Positions 11,237 through 23,544 are shown, counted from the first letter of the whole stretch. The stretch: DNA of 55,462 nt, filler included, from Squatina squatina (GCA_031763465.1; 3 parts of 3 records of this genome joined end to end with filler, not necessarily neighbours in it); one strand, 5' to 3'. Translations and numbers: made by a program. Notes: generated by a model from the letters alone, not told the origin.

Positions 11237-13185
11237 CTGTGTGCAGAAAAGTTGAAATGAACATTTATGAAGATTAAAGGCATTGCTAACAGCCCCAACA
11301 GTGCAACGTCCAAAAACACTAACATCAACACAAGAAATTCAGGGCAACACAGCATTTTGCAGCTTTACGTGCATAATTAACAGCTTGGCCCAATAGATCC
11401 TTCACACATTCCAGTCCTTCAACACCCTGATAATGCTGAGATGTACTGGTTGCCAACATATCACAACATACAAGTCTAAAGCGAGCCCCGTAGCCTTCGA
11501 TTGAGATCTTTCATTAGTTTAACAATTAAGAAATCACAAAAACTCTCAAATTATTTGCATCCCAACCTTGATTTCTGCAGCGCATCATGATAAACCATGA
11601 TGCCCTCCATGGTCAGGAAGCCTGCTGACAGTCATTATCAAGACTCATGCTAGGGGGTCATTTTGACGTTAGATGATAATGCTGTCCCATTGACTTAGGT
11701 GGAAACAAAANNNNNNNNNNNNNNNNNNNNNNNNNNNNNNNNNNNNNNNNNNNNNNNNNNNNNNNNNNNNNNNNNNNNNNNNNNNNNNNNNNNNNNNNNN
11801 NNNNNNNNNNGCATCAGACGACACCATGTGCGCACTTATGCCTACCAATAAAGGAATAGAGACCTTATAAATTAGACCTGCCTGAGCCATTGTCATTTAG
11901 ACACCATGTAATAAAGCTTTGATGACGAAACTTCCAAAGTAGAACAGTAAAAGTGTCCTAATAATTGCTCTTAAGGAGGCTCCCAGATGACATGCTTCGC
12001 TCTTCTTGGACATGTGCTACCAGTGGGGCGAGCATCTGACCAAATAAAAAAAGCTGTGTTCTGGGTGCGTTACTCCACTGATACAAAGGTCATTCCTATT
12101 TTTGCAAGGAGATTGAAGAATTAAGATGACACGGTTGTTTTTCTGAACGAAGCTTAAAAACAAGATTTTCCTACATTGGTATTCAGCTCATCCACAACAA
12201 ATCTCAATCAATCCAACAATATCTCTTCTAATGGATCAATTTGTCCAGTTTTAAAAATGATAGAATTGTGTCTAATTCAGAACTGCAATTTAAACTCCAC
12301 ACAGATGGCTTGTCAGTAACAATACACAAAATAATAAATCAGCCGGGCATAAAATAGAGTTATTAATTATCATAAATTTGAATATAAATGGATGTTGTCT
12401 AATTATCTGGCACAAAATATTTCACTGAAAATATTATCTATGCCAGCCTTGCCAAAAGAGTCACACTTACAATGCCTGAACCCAGCACACCCGAGTTACT
12501 GCCGGCTCTAAGTGTAGTGTTAACTCAAAGAAAGACAAACAAAGACACAAAAAATACTAAGTTTTTTTCTCGACATGTTTCCTGAAGTTGTCTGGCAGTA
12601 AAGACCACATCAATAGTACCTCTGCCTTTTCCAAATTCACAGTAACTGTTAGGCTGGAATTTCTCAGCTATAATCTGTGTTTAAAAGCAAATTCTTTGTC
12701 TAATATATATTATAGCATGATAATCAAAATTGATCATTAATAGAAACTGTTCTGAAAAGGAAGCCCACTGTGTTACTTTGGTCAGGAGAAATTTGAATTG
12801 ATCAATCAGCTATGGAAAGGCTTAAGCTGTCAGCTGCAGATTCTTCAACTCTTTTTTTATAAATGACATTAGAACAGAGAATATGCTAANNNNNNNNNNN
12901 NNNNNNNNNNNNNNNNNNNNNNNNNNNNNNNNNNNNNNNNNNNNNNNNNNNNNNNNNNNNNNNNNNNNNNNNNNNNNNNNNNNNNNNNNCAGCTCAACAG
13001 ACATGAAACGCAGGTAAGGATGTGTATCAAGGAAAATTTATACAAGACATTTAATTAAGCATAAATTTGAAAATCCCAGTTGAACAGCAACTTAATCTCC
13101 CATTATTAAACAATGCAGAAAATATCCGTTCCTTTCGCATCTCTTTTCCTAACCACTATGGGGCACTAACAAGTTACATACTCAC

Positions 13186-13253
13186 CAAACGAGACCTCCC
13201 CAAAGTTCAGTGCAGGCAAGTTGAAGTGAAACGTAGGTCCAATGACACGTCCC
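13186..13253 (-). CDS. HYDIN: HYDIN short exon (68 nt; absent from the ORF track)
   Basis: TCCACAG acceptor, G|GTGAGT donor. Peptide GRVIGPTFHFNLPALNFGEVSF matches HYDIN GCVIGPTFHFNVPALHFGDVSF. Confidence 0.9.
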
Positions 13254-13776
13254 CTGTGGAGAACAAGTAGTTATCAGTGTGTTTGAAGCAGCAGTGGGCT
13301 GTAACAATTAGCAATGCGTCTGCACGGAGGTCACTAAGAGAATAATTGTTAGCAGTCACAATACCTACACTCAGCAAGTTTCAATGATAATGAATACAAT
13401 CCAAGGTGAACGTGTCAATACATGAGCAGTGAAAAGACGTGGGCAATTTCTTTCCAATTATAACGGAACATCAGAATGTTTCTGACTGAAACTATAGTTT
13501 GAGTCAACATTTTACAACAGATTCCTTGCAGAGTTACCCTCGGAAATCAAATCAAAGGATATCCCCCTTACTCCCACACCTCAATGAATTTCGAGCTCGG
13601 CACGGCGCTGAGTTCTTCTTCAGTGAGGTGGTCCATTTTGGAAGGACTAATACGAATGCGGAGTACAGAATTAACGGNNNNNNNNNNNNNNNNNNNNNNN
13701 NNNNNNNNNNNNNNNNNNNNNNNNNNNNNNNNNNNNNNNNNNNNNNNNNNNNNNNNNNNNNNNNNNNNNNNNNNNN

Positions 13777-13997
13777 NTGCCATCACACGCGGTCAGCCAC
13801 TTCCAGAGGCCAATGCTGAAGAGGGAGAGGCTCAGAATCAGCTGGATCAGCAAGACGGTGGCGCCCAAGATGACTTGTCTACAGAGGAGGAGGAGGCCCG
13901 AGCCCCTCAGAGGCCTCAAGGAGGTCAAGGAAGGCATCACCGGTCAAACCCTGCTCTTGAGGCATAGCTGCGACTCATCCGCGAGCGATTCACATAG
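13777..13997 (+). mobile_element. PIF/Harbinger (HARBI1-like) transposase C-terminal relic
   Basis: AITRGQPLP + acidic linker + LEA*LRLIRERFT*, the usual post-'LHN' tail of Harbinger transposases, with an internal stop at 13965. Confidence 0.6.
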
Positions 13998-14514
13998 CCT
14001 CCCCTGTTACATAACGTTACCCACACAACAATTGCCATCTCATCTGCTTCTCTACACTAAGCCAGCACAAGTCTCATTAAAGCTACAAATGTGATGTAAT
14101 CACTGGACCTTGTGGCCTTCTTTCCAATCCCTCACTGGCAGTGCTACTCAATAATTCTGTGTGGATGGCTGGGCCTGCAAAAAACAACTTCTAAATGTTG
14201 TTTTAAATAAAGGCTTTAATCTTTAGTCAGGAGATTAATTTTTTTTACTTAATATACTGTTTTATCTGCATCTTAATTACTACATTAATTTGGTGCTGTT
14301 TTGGCTTCCTGCTGTATTGCAAGACTTCTTTCCAAATCCACTTCTTGCTTCCAGCTGCTCTTTCGCTTGCAGCAGTTGGGTAGAATGGGTGTTCCTCTGG
14401 TGTTCCCAGATTTGGAGGAGGAAGAGGAGTTTCTGAGTGGACAAGAGAGGCAGGTGTGACTGTACCTCACACAAGAGCAACACATCCGTCCTTACCCCGA
14501 GACCCACATTTAAT

Positions 14515-15055
14515 GGCCCAGAGTGTGGTCAGAAACAGACTTCAGAGGCTGTGACCGCGAGATGACAATGTCTCGTGTGAGGATGAGTTCACAGGGGTGG
14601 CCATAGATGCGAGCGAGTGAGTTTATATGAAAGAGAGGTTTGGAGGTGGTAACGAGCGTGGTATTATCACTAGAGACAGGATAAGGTGTGGTTAAAGTCA
14701 CAACGATGAGGAGACACTCAGTGCAAAGGCTGACAGTGGACAGAAGGGAGAAGATTTCAGTGAGGATCTTGAAAGAAAGTGAGGGCAAGATGGTAGAAAA
14801 ACAAACAATGTTGACTTGAACATTGAGACAGCNNNNNNNNNNGGATAAGTCAAGTTGAGACCAGGAGTCCCATTTTACCTTCATGGCAGTTTGTTTGTTG
14901 AACATAATGGTATGCGTAGGCTGGCAGAACAGTGTCAATGAGAAAGAAATTGTCACCATTTCTGAGCCAGGTTTTAGTCAAGACAAGATGTGGACCTGCT
15001 CATCCACAATGAGGTCACAGATGGGAAAGGCCTTGCTCGTGAGCCAGTGAACAAT
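14515..15055 (-). mobile_element. Degraded L2-clade LINE endonuclease region
   Basis: Minus-strand remnants such as SKAFPICDLIVDE...LTKTWL, GHP..L and SDH motifs of an APE domain, with many disruptions. Confidence 0.55.
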
Positions 15056-15504
15056 ACGTAAGTAATAAGGGGAGGGTGGGCTGCACGAGGCGGATGGGGA
15101 TTGGAGAGGGTATGGAGACACTTTCTGAATCTTTCTGAAACATCAGCATTGCATCAATCTTTGACTTCTGAAATATATTACCAAGGGGTCTCAGTGACGG
15201 GGCAATAGCCCTTGTAGGGCCTTAAGGGGGAAGAGCCTCTACCCACCCCTACCAGGCCACTGAAGTGGGACGTTACCATGTCTCTCCCCTCAGTTGGAAC
15301 CCAGAGTAGGATCAGCGCAGGAATGCGCAGTTGTCATATATCGCCAACTGTGACAGATGTGGGGACCATCATGGAGTCCAGGCCAGGAGCAGAGCTAGAT
15401 CTCTTAAGGTGGATCTATGATGCACTACAGAAATGTCCATGCAAGCCTTGGTTAATAAAAATTCCATGAACTAAGCAGGCTTAGATTGCAAGTATTTGAC
15501 TCAC

Positions 15505-15706
15505 CTGATTTTCTGCTGGTCCTCCTCCTCTGGAGTTGCAAAGGCCTTCCACTGGAAGTGTACTATTACATCGCTCCTATTGCAAACGGATACCACTCTC
15601 TGATTGACCAGGGATATGTAGGTCTTCTCTATCATTACTGAGTTTTTGTCCAGCCTTACATTTATGTCTTCCGCAGCTCCATACATATTGACAAAGATGT
15701 CCTCAC
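15505..15706 (-). CDS. HYDIN: HYDIN exon (N-terminal region, 202 nt)
   Basis: TTGCAG acceptor, AG|GTGAGT donor. Peptide GEDIFVNMYGAAEDINVRLDKNSVMIEKTYISLVNQR...HFQWKAFATPEEED matches HYDIN. Confidence 0.92.
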
Positions 15707-16004
15707 CTGCAATGGAACATAATGGAAAGAAGATGTTGCAGCAAATGATAAATTTTGTTTTAAAGGTATAGTGCTGTTTTCACTGCATTTTATTGGTAAG
15801 CTTCTCCCCACACATTCCCTCCCTCGTCCCATATTCTCCCTTCCCTGCTCGAAACCATGAACTCTTGCTGGGGTACAGTTCAATGGACACCTGCAAGCAT
15901 CTGGTACCTTGTCCAAGTTGCCATCCTTTATCTGTGAGCCTAGACACTGAGGGGGATGATTTTCCTCCCAAACCCTACGTTGTTGTAATTTTGGCGTGGC
16001 GGTG

Positions 16005-16165
16005 CTTGCTATTCATGGGACCTTGCTGTGCGCAATTTGGATGCTGCGTTTCCGACATTACAACAGTGACTACACTTCAAAAAATTACTTCATCAGCTGT
16101 AAAGCACTTTGGCATATCCTGAGGTCATGAAAGGCACAATTAAAATTCAAGTCTTTCTTTCGTTT
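16005..16165 (+). mobile_element. DeuSINE-type SINE 3' half
   Basis: GGGACCTTGCTGTGCGCAATTTGG...CATTACAACAGTGACTACACTTCAAAA...TGTAAAGCACTTTGG...AAGTCTTTCTTTC. Confidence 0.7.
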
Positions 16166-17424
16166 CTTTTCTTCAAGGGTTAAGCTAGAAAAAGAAAGAA
16201 GGACTTACATATAAACAAAAAATNNNNNNNNNNNNNNNNNNNNNNNNNNNNNNNNNNNNNNNNNNNNNNNNNNNNNNNNNNNNNNNNNNNNNNNNNNNNN
16301 NNNNNNNNNNNNNNNNNNNNNNNCTTCCAGCAGCTTGTCCTGCTCAGTGTGGCCTCTTTTCATTCTCCCAGTCATGTTCAATTCCCAGAGGAAGCCCTAC
16401 TAGGTCACCCCTGTCTGGAAGCAACTTATTTCAGCACAAGCTTTTAAATGACCAAAAAAGTACATCAGCACCAGTCAGACCACTCCCTGTGGACTATTCC
16501 AACTTTAGCCCAGGACAGGAAAGCTCAAAAAAAATGCATACAATTGCACCAGTAGCCAGAAGAAATGATCCAGCAACTAACCTGCAAGTAATTCATGATC
16601 CCTTTAGTGGTGGAGGAGTGTCCTTCATTCCATTTAACATCGTGTTCAGCCATGCAAGGTTAAGACGGAGCTTTGGCTGGAGTGAGCACTTGGAAAATGG
16701 CAGCGCTTGCATCAAATCAGCATTGCACACTTGTTCACATCATGATCTGCCTGCTCTGCATGCTACGCGTGCTCGCGCAAACCCCTTTACCAAGATGGTA
16801 TCCTGCGCACATCCCGTCAGAAGTGTGCGCACGCATCTCGGACCCCATTTGAACGTTAGGTGGCTGTGTAGTTTCTTTAAAAATAATGGGCATTAAACTG
16901 CCCAATTTAGCCCCTTTCATTCCATCATAACAACTGAATTACACTTCCAATAAATCTCATTCCCAGTTCACACACCTTGTTTTCCTCAGGTATGAAAACG
17001 AGCTTGAATGTGGTGACCATGCCGGGTGCCACTTTATGACCCACATCATTAGGATAGACAATTCTGAAGTACGGAGAATCCTCTTGGACAACTTTAACCA
17101 TCCGTGGAACCTGAAAACAGACTTCATGAAATTATCACGAAACAAAGGATTTTATGAAGTAAACAAAATGGTTAAAAAGTTGTTTACACGTTTAGCTGTA
17201 ATGTGATTTGTGCATGCGGCTACTATTTCATTATGGCATGATATCACTTGACAAATCCTATGATTTTTATTTCTAAATATGNNNNNNNNNNNNNNNNNNN
17301 NNNNNNNNNNNNNNNNNNNNNNNNNNNNNNNNNNNNNNNNNNNNNNNNNNNNNNNNNNNNNNNNNNNNNNNNNNNNNNNNNTCATTGCGCCAGTCTTTAA
17401 ATTGGAAAATTGCACGTCACTCTG

Positions 17425-18345
17425 CTATTGAAGTATGGTGAGGGAGGGAAACCAGGGAATTATAGACTCGTTAGCCTAGCAACTGTTGTCCTGAAATTGC
17501 TGGAGCCGATTATTCAGGATAGGGTGACTGAATATCTCAAAAATTTTGCCTGACAAACCTGATTGAATTTTTTGAAGAGGTGACCAAAACAGTAGACAGG
17601 GGAATGTCTACGGATGTTATTTGTATGGACTTCGAGAAGGCATTTGACAAAGTCCCACATAAGAGACTATTAACAAAGGTAGAAGCCCATGGAATTGAAG
17701 GCAAGTTATTGACCTGGTTAGGAAATTGGTTGAGCGGCAGGAGACAGAGAGTGGGGATAATGGGCAGGTTCTCTCATTAGCAGGATGTGACTAGTGGTGC
17801 CCCACAGGGATGTGTTGGGGCCTCAACTATTCACAGTATTTGTGAATGACTGATGGCATTTGCAGATGGCACAAAGATCGGTGGCATTGTAAGCAGTAAC
17901 ATACTACATTGTAAGCAGTGTCGATGGAAGCATAAAATTCCAAATAGATTTTAATAGATTCAGTAGATGGGCAAAGGTGTGGAAAATGGATTTCACGATA
18001 GGCAAGTTTGAGGTCACCACTTGGGACTTAAAAAGTATAGTTGAGGGGACTTTCTAAATGGTGAAAAGCCAGAGACAGTGGAGGTCCAAAGGGACTTGGG
18101 GGTCCATGTACATAGATCGTTAAAGTGTCATGGACAGGTACAGAAAATAATTAAAAAGGCTAATGGAATGCTGGCCTTTATATCAAGAGGACTAGAGTAC
18201 AAGGTAGTGGAAGTTAACCAAAGGTATTAAGGGATTATGCGGCAAAGGCGGGTAAATGGAGTTTGGTCACAGATCCACCATGATCTCAATGAACGGCAGC
18301 ACAGGTTCGAGATGCTAAATGGCCTCCTCCTGTTGCCATGTTCCT
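17425..18345 (+). mobile_element. Degraded CR1 LINE (RT to 3' UTR, internally deleted)
   Basis: DVICMDFEKAFDKVPHKRLL...WLSGRRQRVG, SGAPQG, and a CR1-type 3' UTR ending AAATGGCCTCCTCCTGTT. Confidence 0.9.
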
Positions 18346-18439
18346 ACATTGACCTTGGCTCATTGGTGCCATAAGGGGCGATTCACAGACGAATTAGGAG
18401 GTAGCTTACAGTGATTGGCTAGGGCCCCAACAATAGTCG

Positions 18440-18705
18440 CAGGTCTTTCATCTTTGGGATCAGAATTCAAATTCAACCATAAGTGATGGGATGGCAGTCT
18501 CCTCTGTCTGCTGGTGGTAAGGGTACCACATGAAATGAGTTTGTCAGTATAAGTACTGTTTCCAGGCAATCTCACTCAGAGAGGCCTTGGGCTGGCTGGT
18601 GAGGGAAATGGGAAAATTCCACAGTGGTGCAGTAGGTTGCTCCGAGGCTGTAGCACACTCTTGGGGCAGAGTAGCGGGAGCTTTGCTCTGCATCTATACC
18701 TGACT
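18440..18705 (+). mobile_element. LF-SINE-related SINE, degraded
   Basis: Colinear blocks similar to the remembered LF-SINE consensus: CTTTCATCTTTGG...TTCAAATTCAACC; ATGAAATGAGTTTG; GGCAATCTCACTCAGAGAGGCC. Confidence 0.5.
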
Positions 18706-19183
18706 TGGGAGTGCCCATTGGTGACACCAGGTTCCTCAAATGAAAAGAGTTTCATTCTCCAGCACGAACTTCCCGCACCTTGATAAACACAAAACAGCAT
18801 CCACAATAAAATTGAAAATAAATAATTAGCTGTTTCCAGCATGAAGGGGCGAGCTGTTTACAGATAAAGCTCGATTTTATACGCGAAAGATTGATGAAGT
18901 TCTATTTTACTCTCAGGATGGCAGAGGATCAAAGGTAAGTGTCAGTGCGAAGGTGATTATAATTCCACTGTACAACATTCCACATTAATAACAGACGTTT
19001 CCTCTGTGTTACAGTGTTCATGTGTGAGTTGATTTGTCATTATCAGTGTTTTACTGTACATTCCTCTGTAAATTCACCCTAAANNNNNNNNNNNNNNNNN
19101 NNNNNNNNNNNNNNNNNNNNNNNNNNNNNNNNNNNNNNNNNNNNNNNNNNNNNNNNNNNNNNNNNNNNNNNNNNNNNNNNNNN

Positions 19184-19279
19184 AAAGAGTACCTCCCTAT
19201 CGGTGGCCTGGCAGACTTCAACAAGGCCTCTGCAGCGCTGGCTCTAGGAGACAACAGTGAAGTCATCAAGAGTGGAAGG
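19184..19279 (+). CDS. GOT2: GOT2 (mitochondrial aspartate aminotransferase) exon, 5' part lost in gap
   Basis: [32 protein letters not shown]|GTAAGT matches GOT2 [32 protein letters not shown]. Confidence 0.93.
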
Positions 19280-19876
19280 GTAAGTAGCTGCTGCTTTTTC
19301 TAATAGATTGGGCTAGACAATAAGCAATAAGGGTGAGTGGTAGCGTTCCTAGAACTCTTGACTGAATAAATGGAGCAGCCAAGGAGGACTTCAAGATAGA
19401 TGTATGGTCCTAATGGATGGGGAAACTCGGCCTTTGTACACCACAGAAGGGTGCCCGTTATCAAAACTGGGGAAGGGTTTGGGTGTGTTTTTTTTATCCA
19501 CTAAATATGAAACCGTTGATGCTAATACAGGTACTGGGATGGCCTTTGATAATTAGTGGGACCAAGTTATTCTCATTTTGTACAGACCACTGGAACGGTC
19601 ACATTTATTTGCAGCTTTGAACGCCATTCCTTCAAAAGGTTGAGATAGATTACAGGACTTAGGAAGACGGACGCAGAATTGAACTTAATACAAAAACGAA
19701 ATGCTGGAATCTGAAATATAAACAGAAATGCTGCAAATACTCAGCAGGTGGAGAGAGAGAGACAGAGTTAACGTTTCAGGTCCTTTGTCAGAACTGAAAA
19801 AAGCCAGATATGCAGCAGGTTTTCAAGCAAGTGTATTCATTGGAGAAAAGATGACATGACCTAGGTTTGAAGAAGG

Positions 19877-19976
19877 NNNNNNNNNNNNNNNNNNNNNNNN
19901 NNNNNNNNNNNNNNNNNNNNTTAATTAATTAANNNNNNNNNNNNNNNNNNNNNNNNNNNNNNNNNNNNNNNNNNNN
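19877..19976. other. Artificial scaffold linker
   Basis: 44 N + TTAATTAATTAA (stops in six frames) + 44 N = 100 bp; identical copy at 34834-34933. Confidence 0.95.
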
Positions 19977-20031
19977 TTCAGGCCAAAGAAGAATTTAGAA
20001 AACTTCTAGAAGAATCCAAACTCACTCCCAG
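19977..20031 (+). CDS. TCERG1L: TCERG1L penultimate coding exon (partial, FF domain)
   Basis: QAKEEFRKLLEESKLTP(R), donor AG|GTATG; phase 2 joins the exon at 22133. Confidence 0.88.
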
Positions 20032-21372
20032 GTATGTTATTTCTAAATGCCGGAGACAGAACACAGAAAGCTAGGTTTGTTCTTATTAACTCCATCATCA
20101 TGAAAGATGCTGTTCTGTTTTATTAAATAGACTAATATATTGGTTCTGGGAGGATAAGCCAATATCTGGTTAGAAATGCAATTGAGCATTATATAGATAA
20201 TTAGAGGCAATCAAATGTTCATATCAAATGATTGTACTTGACCTGTTGGTAACATGTCAAATATCACATCAAGAAAGGCAACAACCTTCGGATCTATATT
20301 GCAGGATATAAGATTAGATATAGATTCTACAAATCAGGCTAGTTCCCAGTGATCTCTCTTTGCGCTCTCTTCAAAATTCAGCTCTCAATATCAAGCCTGT
20401 GTTTCCAAATGAACTGAAATTTGACTTTATGTGCTCAACATCTGAGATAGTGGTTACAAGGTGAACGGTCAATCCTGTTACAAATGTTGCAAAAGTACTA
20501 CGGGATGCAATTTATACTCCTGAACCCTTTGAGCGATACAGAAAAATTTCCAAGTTTAAAGATCAGTCCACAATCTAAGATTTAGGTTTATAATAAAGAA
20601 GGAAAATAATGCAGAAGCAAAAATAGATCAGCAGGTTAGACATCAAACCTTATTTATCTTTCACCGGTACTTTACCCAGTTTTTGGAGTTTTGTAATAAT
20701 GAGCCATTTCAGGATTATGAGAGGCCTCATTTCAGAATTTGTGTACGTGCTTTTTAAATGCATAATCATGAATGCATCAGGTCCATAGATTTCACACAGT
20801 GTTGTGATATGGAGTTCAACAGTGGAATCACATGAAGCAAGGAAATTACCTGCTGCCTTTTTTATTTCCTGCTTGCACTGCCTCTTGAGACAGAACTGTC
20901 CATGAAAACCAGAATAAAGACATAGCCACAGGATACCATGCTTGCTTACCATGTTGATTTTTCATAATAGCTTACTTCTGCTTTAACCAGGAGACGGTAA
21001 TTCAATTGCCACTTGCTACCTGGCTTAGCTCTTGAAAAAACAAAGCTCACTTTTGTTGGTTCAACCATCCGAGATAATGGTTTGAGCAGGAAGCCCCATA
21101 AAGGTACATCAATCAGAAACAATTGGCCAGTATCTGCTACGTTTGCATTCTTTGACCAAACTCCAAGCTACAAGAACTATATTTTCCCCCTGAGAACCAC
21201 TATCTGAATTCTATTTTAAAAATTCAGTGCACTGGTAATTTTCACTGCCACTGACAGAGCCGTTGAAGCCCTNNNNNNNNNNNNNNNNNNNNNNNNNNNN
21301 NNNNNNNNNNNNNNNNNNNNNNNNNNNNNNNNNNNNNNNNNNNNNNNNNNNNNNNNNNNNNNNNNNNNNNNN

Positions 21373-21672
21373 AGGACCGCGGTGAAACCACTACTGCCGA
21401 GGTCAGGCGCTAGGACCGCGGTGAAACCACTACTGCCGAGGTCAGGCGCGAGGACCGCGGTGAAACCACTACTGCCGAGGTCAGGCGCTGGGACCGCGGT
21501 GAAACCACTACTGCCAAGGTCAGGCGCTAGGACCGCGGTGAAACCACTACTGCCAAGGTCAGGCGCGAGGACCGCGGTGAAACCACTACTGCCGAGGTCA
21601 GGCGCTAGGACCGCGGTGAAACCACTACTGCCGAGGTCAGGCGCTAGGACAACGGTGAAACCACTACTGCCG
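21373..21672. repeat. 39-bp GC-rich minisatellite, ~7.7 near-identical copies, truncated by gap
   Basis: Unit AGGACCGCGGTGAAACCACTACTGCCGAGGTCAGGCGC(T/G), head-to-tail with no spacers. Confidence 0.95.
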
Positions 21673-22132
21673 ATTAAAGGATTAGACTCCAGGCTGAGAC
21701 CTTGCATTGATCTGCTGTGCTCAATTTTTCAGTATGGTACATAGTCAATTATTCAAAAAATCTACAATTCTCTGAAAATATCAAATATTGTGTCGGGGCT
21801 TTTCAGCCGTATGCAAATTTTTGGGTTCCAAGACGGGCCCATGCTATACTGGGTTTCGCGTGATAGCGAGCCTTCCCAGTGTAGTTTGCTTTATTGGAAA
21901 AAAAATGAAAACATTTGTGTGTCGTCTCCAGTCTGCTTTATACTGCCCTTCTGGCTTGTAACATGCATCATTTCCTGAAGCAAACTCTTACCTACTTTAA
22001 AAAAATGAACCATTTTACAGCCAACAGAAACTCTTATTTGCTATTTAAAGTAAATTTATGGGTTTGGTGCTTCATGTCCAGACTAGTGCATGAACTGATC
22101 GTTATTTTATGTCTCTTGTCTTCCTTGTCAAG

Positions 22133-22274
22133 ATCCAGTTTCCAGGAGTTTGCAGAAAAATATGGAAGAGATCAGCGATTTAGGTTGGTGCAAAAGAGGA
22201 AAGATCAAGAACATTTCTTCAATCAGTTCATAAATATTCTCAAAAAGAGGGACAAAGAAAGCCTGGATTTGTAA
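22133..22274 (+). CDS. TCERG1L: TCERG1L last coding exon
   Basis: Polypyrimidine + AAG acceptor. Peptide [42 protein letters not shown] matches the TCERG1L C-terminal FF domain. Confidence 0.92.
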
Positions 22275-22389
22275 CCTGGCTCCAAGCCAATCAAAGCATG
22301 TGCCGCACCCCTCTGACTTTCTAAATTCTTCTGGATTTTAATGTCCACATTTTTCTGACTGTCCCAATTTTTCTGAATCTCTGTCAATC

Positions 22390-22508
22390 TCAAGCCTCTT
22401 CTCATAACTAGTATCCCATCTCTTGTATCATCCTGGTGAATCTGCACTGTACGCTCTCACTGGCTTGAATGTCCTGTCCACAGTGGTACCCAAAACTGCA
22501 TACAATGC
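22390..22508 (-). mobile_element. CR1 LINE fragment
   Basis: Frameshifted remnant of the CR1 'YCVQFW..KDI..LE.VQRRFTRMI...SYEERL' region. Confidence 0.75.
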
Positions 22509-23544
22509 NNNNNNNNNNNNNNNNNNNNNNNNNNNNNNNNNNNNNNNNNNNNNNNNNNNNNNNNNNNNNNNNNNNNNNNNNNNNNNNNNNNNNNNNNNNN
22601 NNNNNNNNAGTTTCAATGAAACTATGCAGCAACTCACCTTTAACTAAAGACTCCAGATCACTGACTGTAGAATCTGCAGCAATGATGGTACACTGAAGTT
22701 CATAATCAATCTTAAAGACTGCAATTGATTGCACATGCAATGTGTTAGCATTGGAATATGGTGCCTTGTGCTCTTATTATGCCAGTAATAATGAGTTTAG
22801 TGACTGAAATTCTCGCCTTGAGCACGATAGTGCACAGATCCAATTTTTCTCAACAGCAACATTGGACCTTTTGAATATAAGTGAGAGCTAACCGCCACTC
22901 ACTAAATTACTGTTTAACTACACTGGATTACCATTGGGCTCAATGCAGACAGCTAGTTCCAGACTTATAAGTGGGACAAGCCTGTCCTTAACTTAAATTA
23001 CAGTCACTAATTCAGTTGACACAAGTTGGTATTTATTGGTTTCCTGTGTTCAGTTGTACAGTGTTTAAGAGAATGCACTTTGTCAGACAAACATTGTCTT
23101 GGACGATAACTCTTTTCTCAATCTGGCAGGAATAGCATCTTCCTCCATGTCAGGAGCAGTTTTCAGTCGATCAATTCTCAGCAGATTCTAAAACATTTCT
23201 TCTGCCTCTCACACTCAATGCTGCTGTTCCAAATCATTATTAATTGAATGTTGCTGTATCTGTTGTCAAACTAGAACATGAATTTGCAAAGACCAGGTGA
23301 CTTATTACACCAAGGAGCCCTGAACTAAGTAAGAGGAATGTGTAATGTTGCTGAAAGACCGTCTTTCTTCTGGATTGGTTATTCTTCTTGTAAATGAACA
23401 CAAGCCTATCTGTGATTCTTAATGAATTACAATAACCTTAAGCAGTAGATAATTCAATATATCCCCAAACAAATGAGTGTGGTGGTAATCTGAGTTGACT
23501 GAATTTTTACTTTGTGGCACCAATATTCTGTTCCTTGTCAATAC

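Noticed and set aside
19921-19932. TTAATTAATTAA as a biological motif (also 34878-34889)
   Set aside because: Exactly centred in 44+44 N; an artificial spacer
21373-21672. CRISPR-like array or repeat-protein gene
   Set aside because: Units are contiguous with no unique spacers, in a vertebrate intron; the ORFs arise from the 39-bp period
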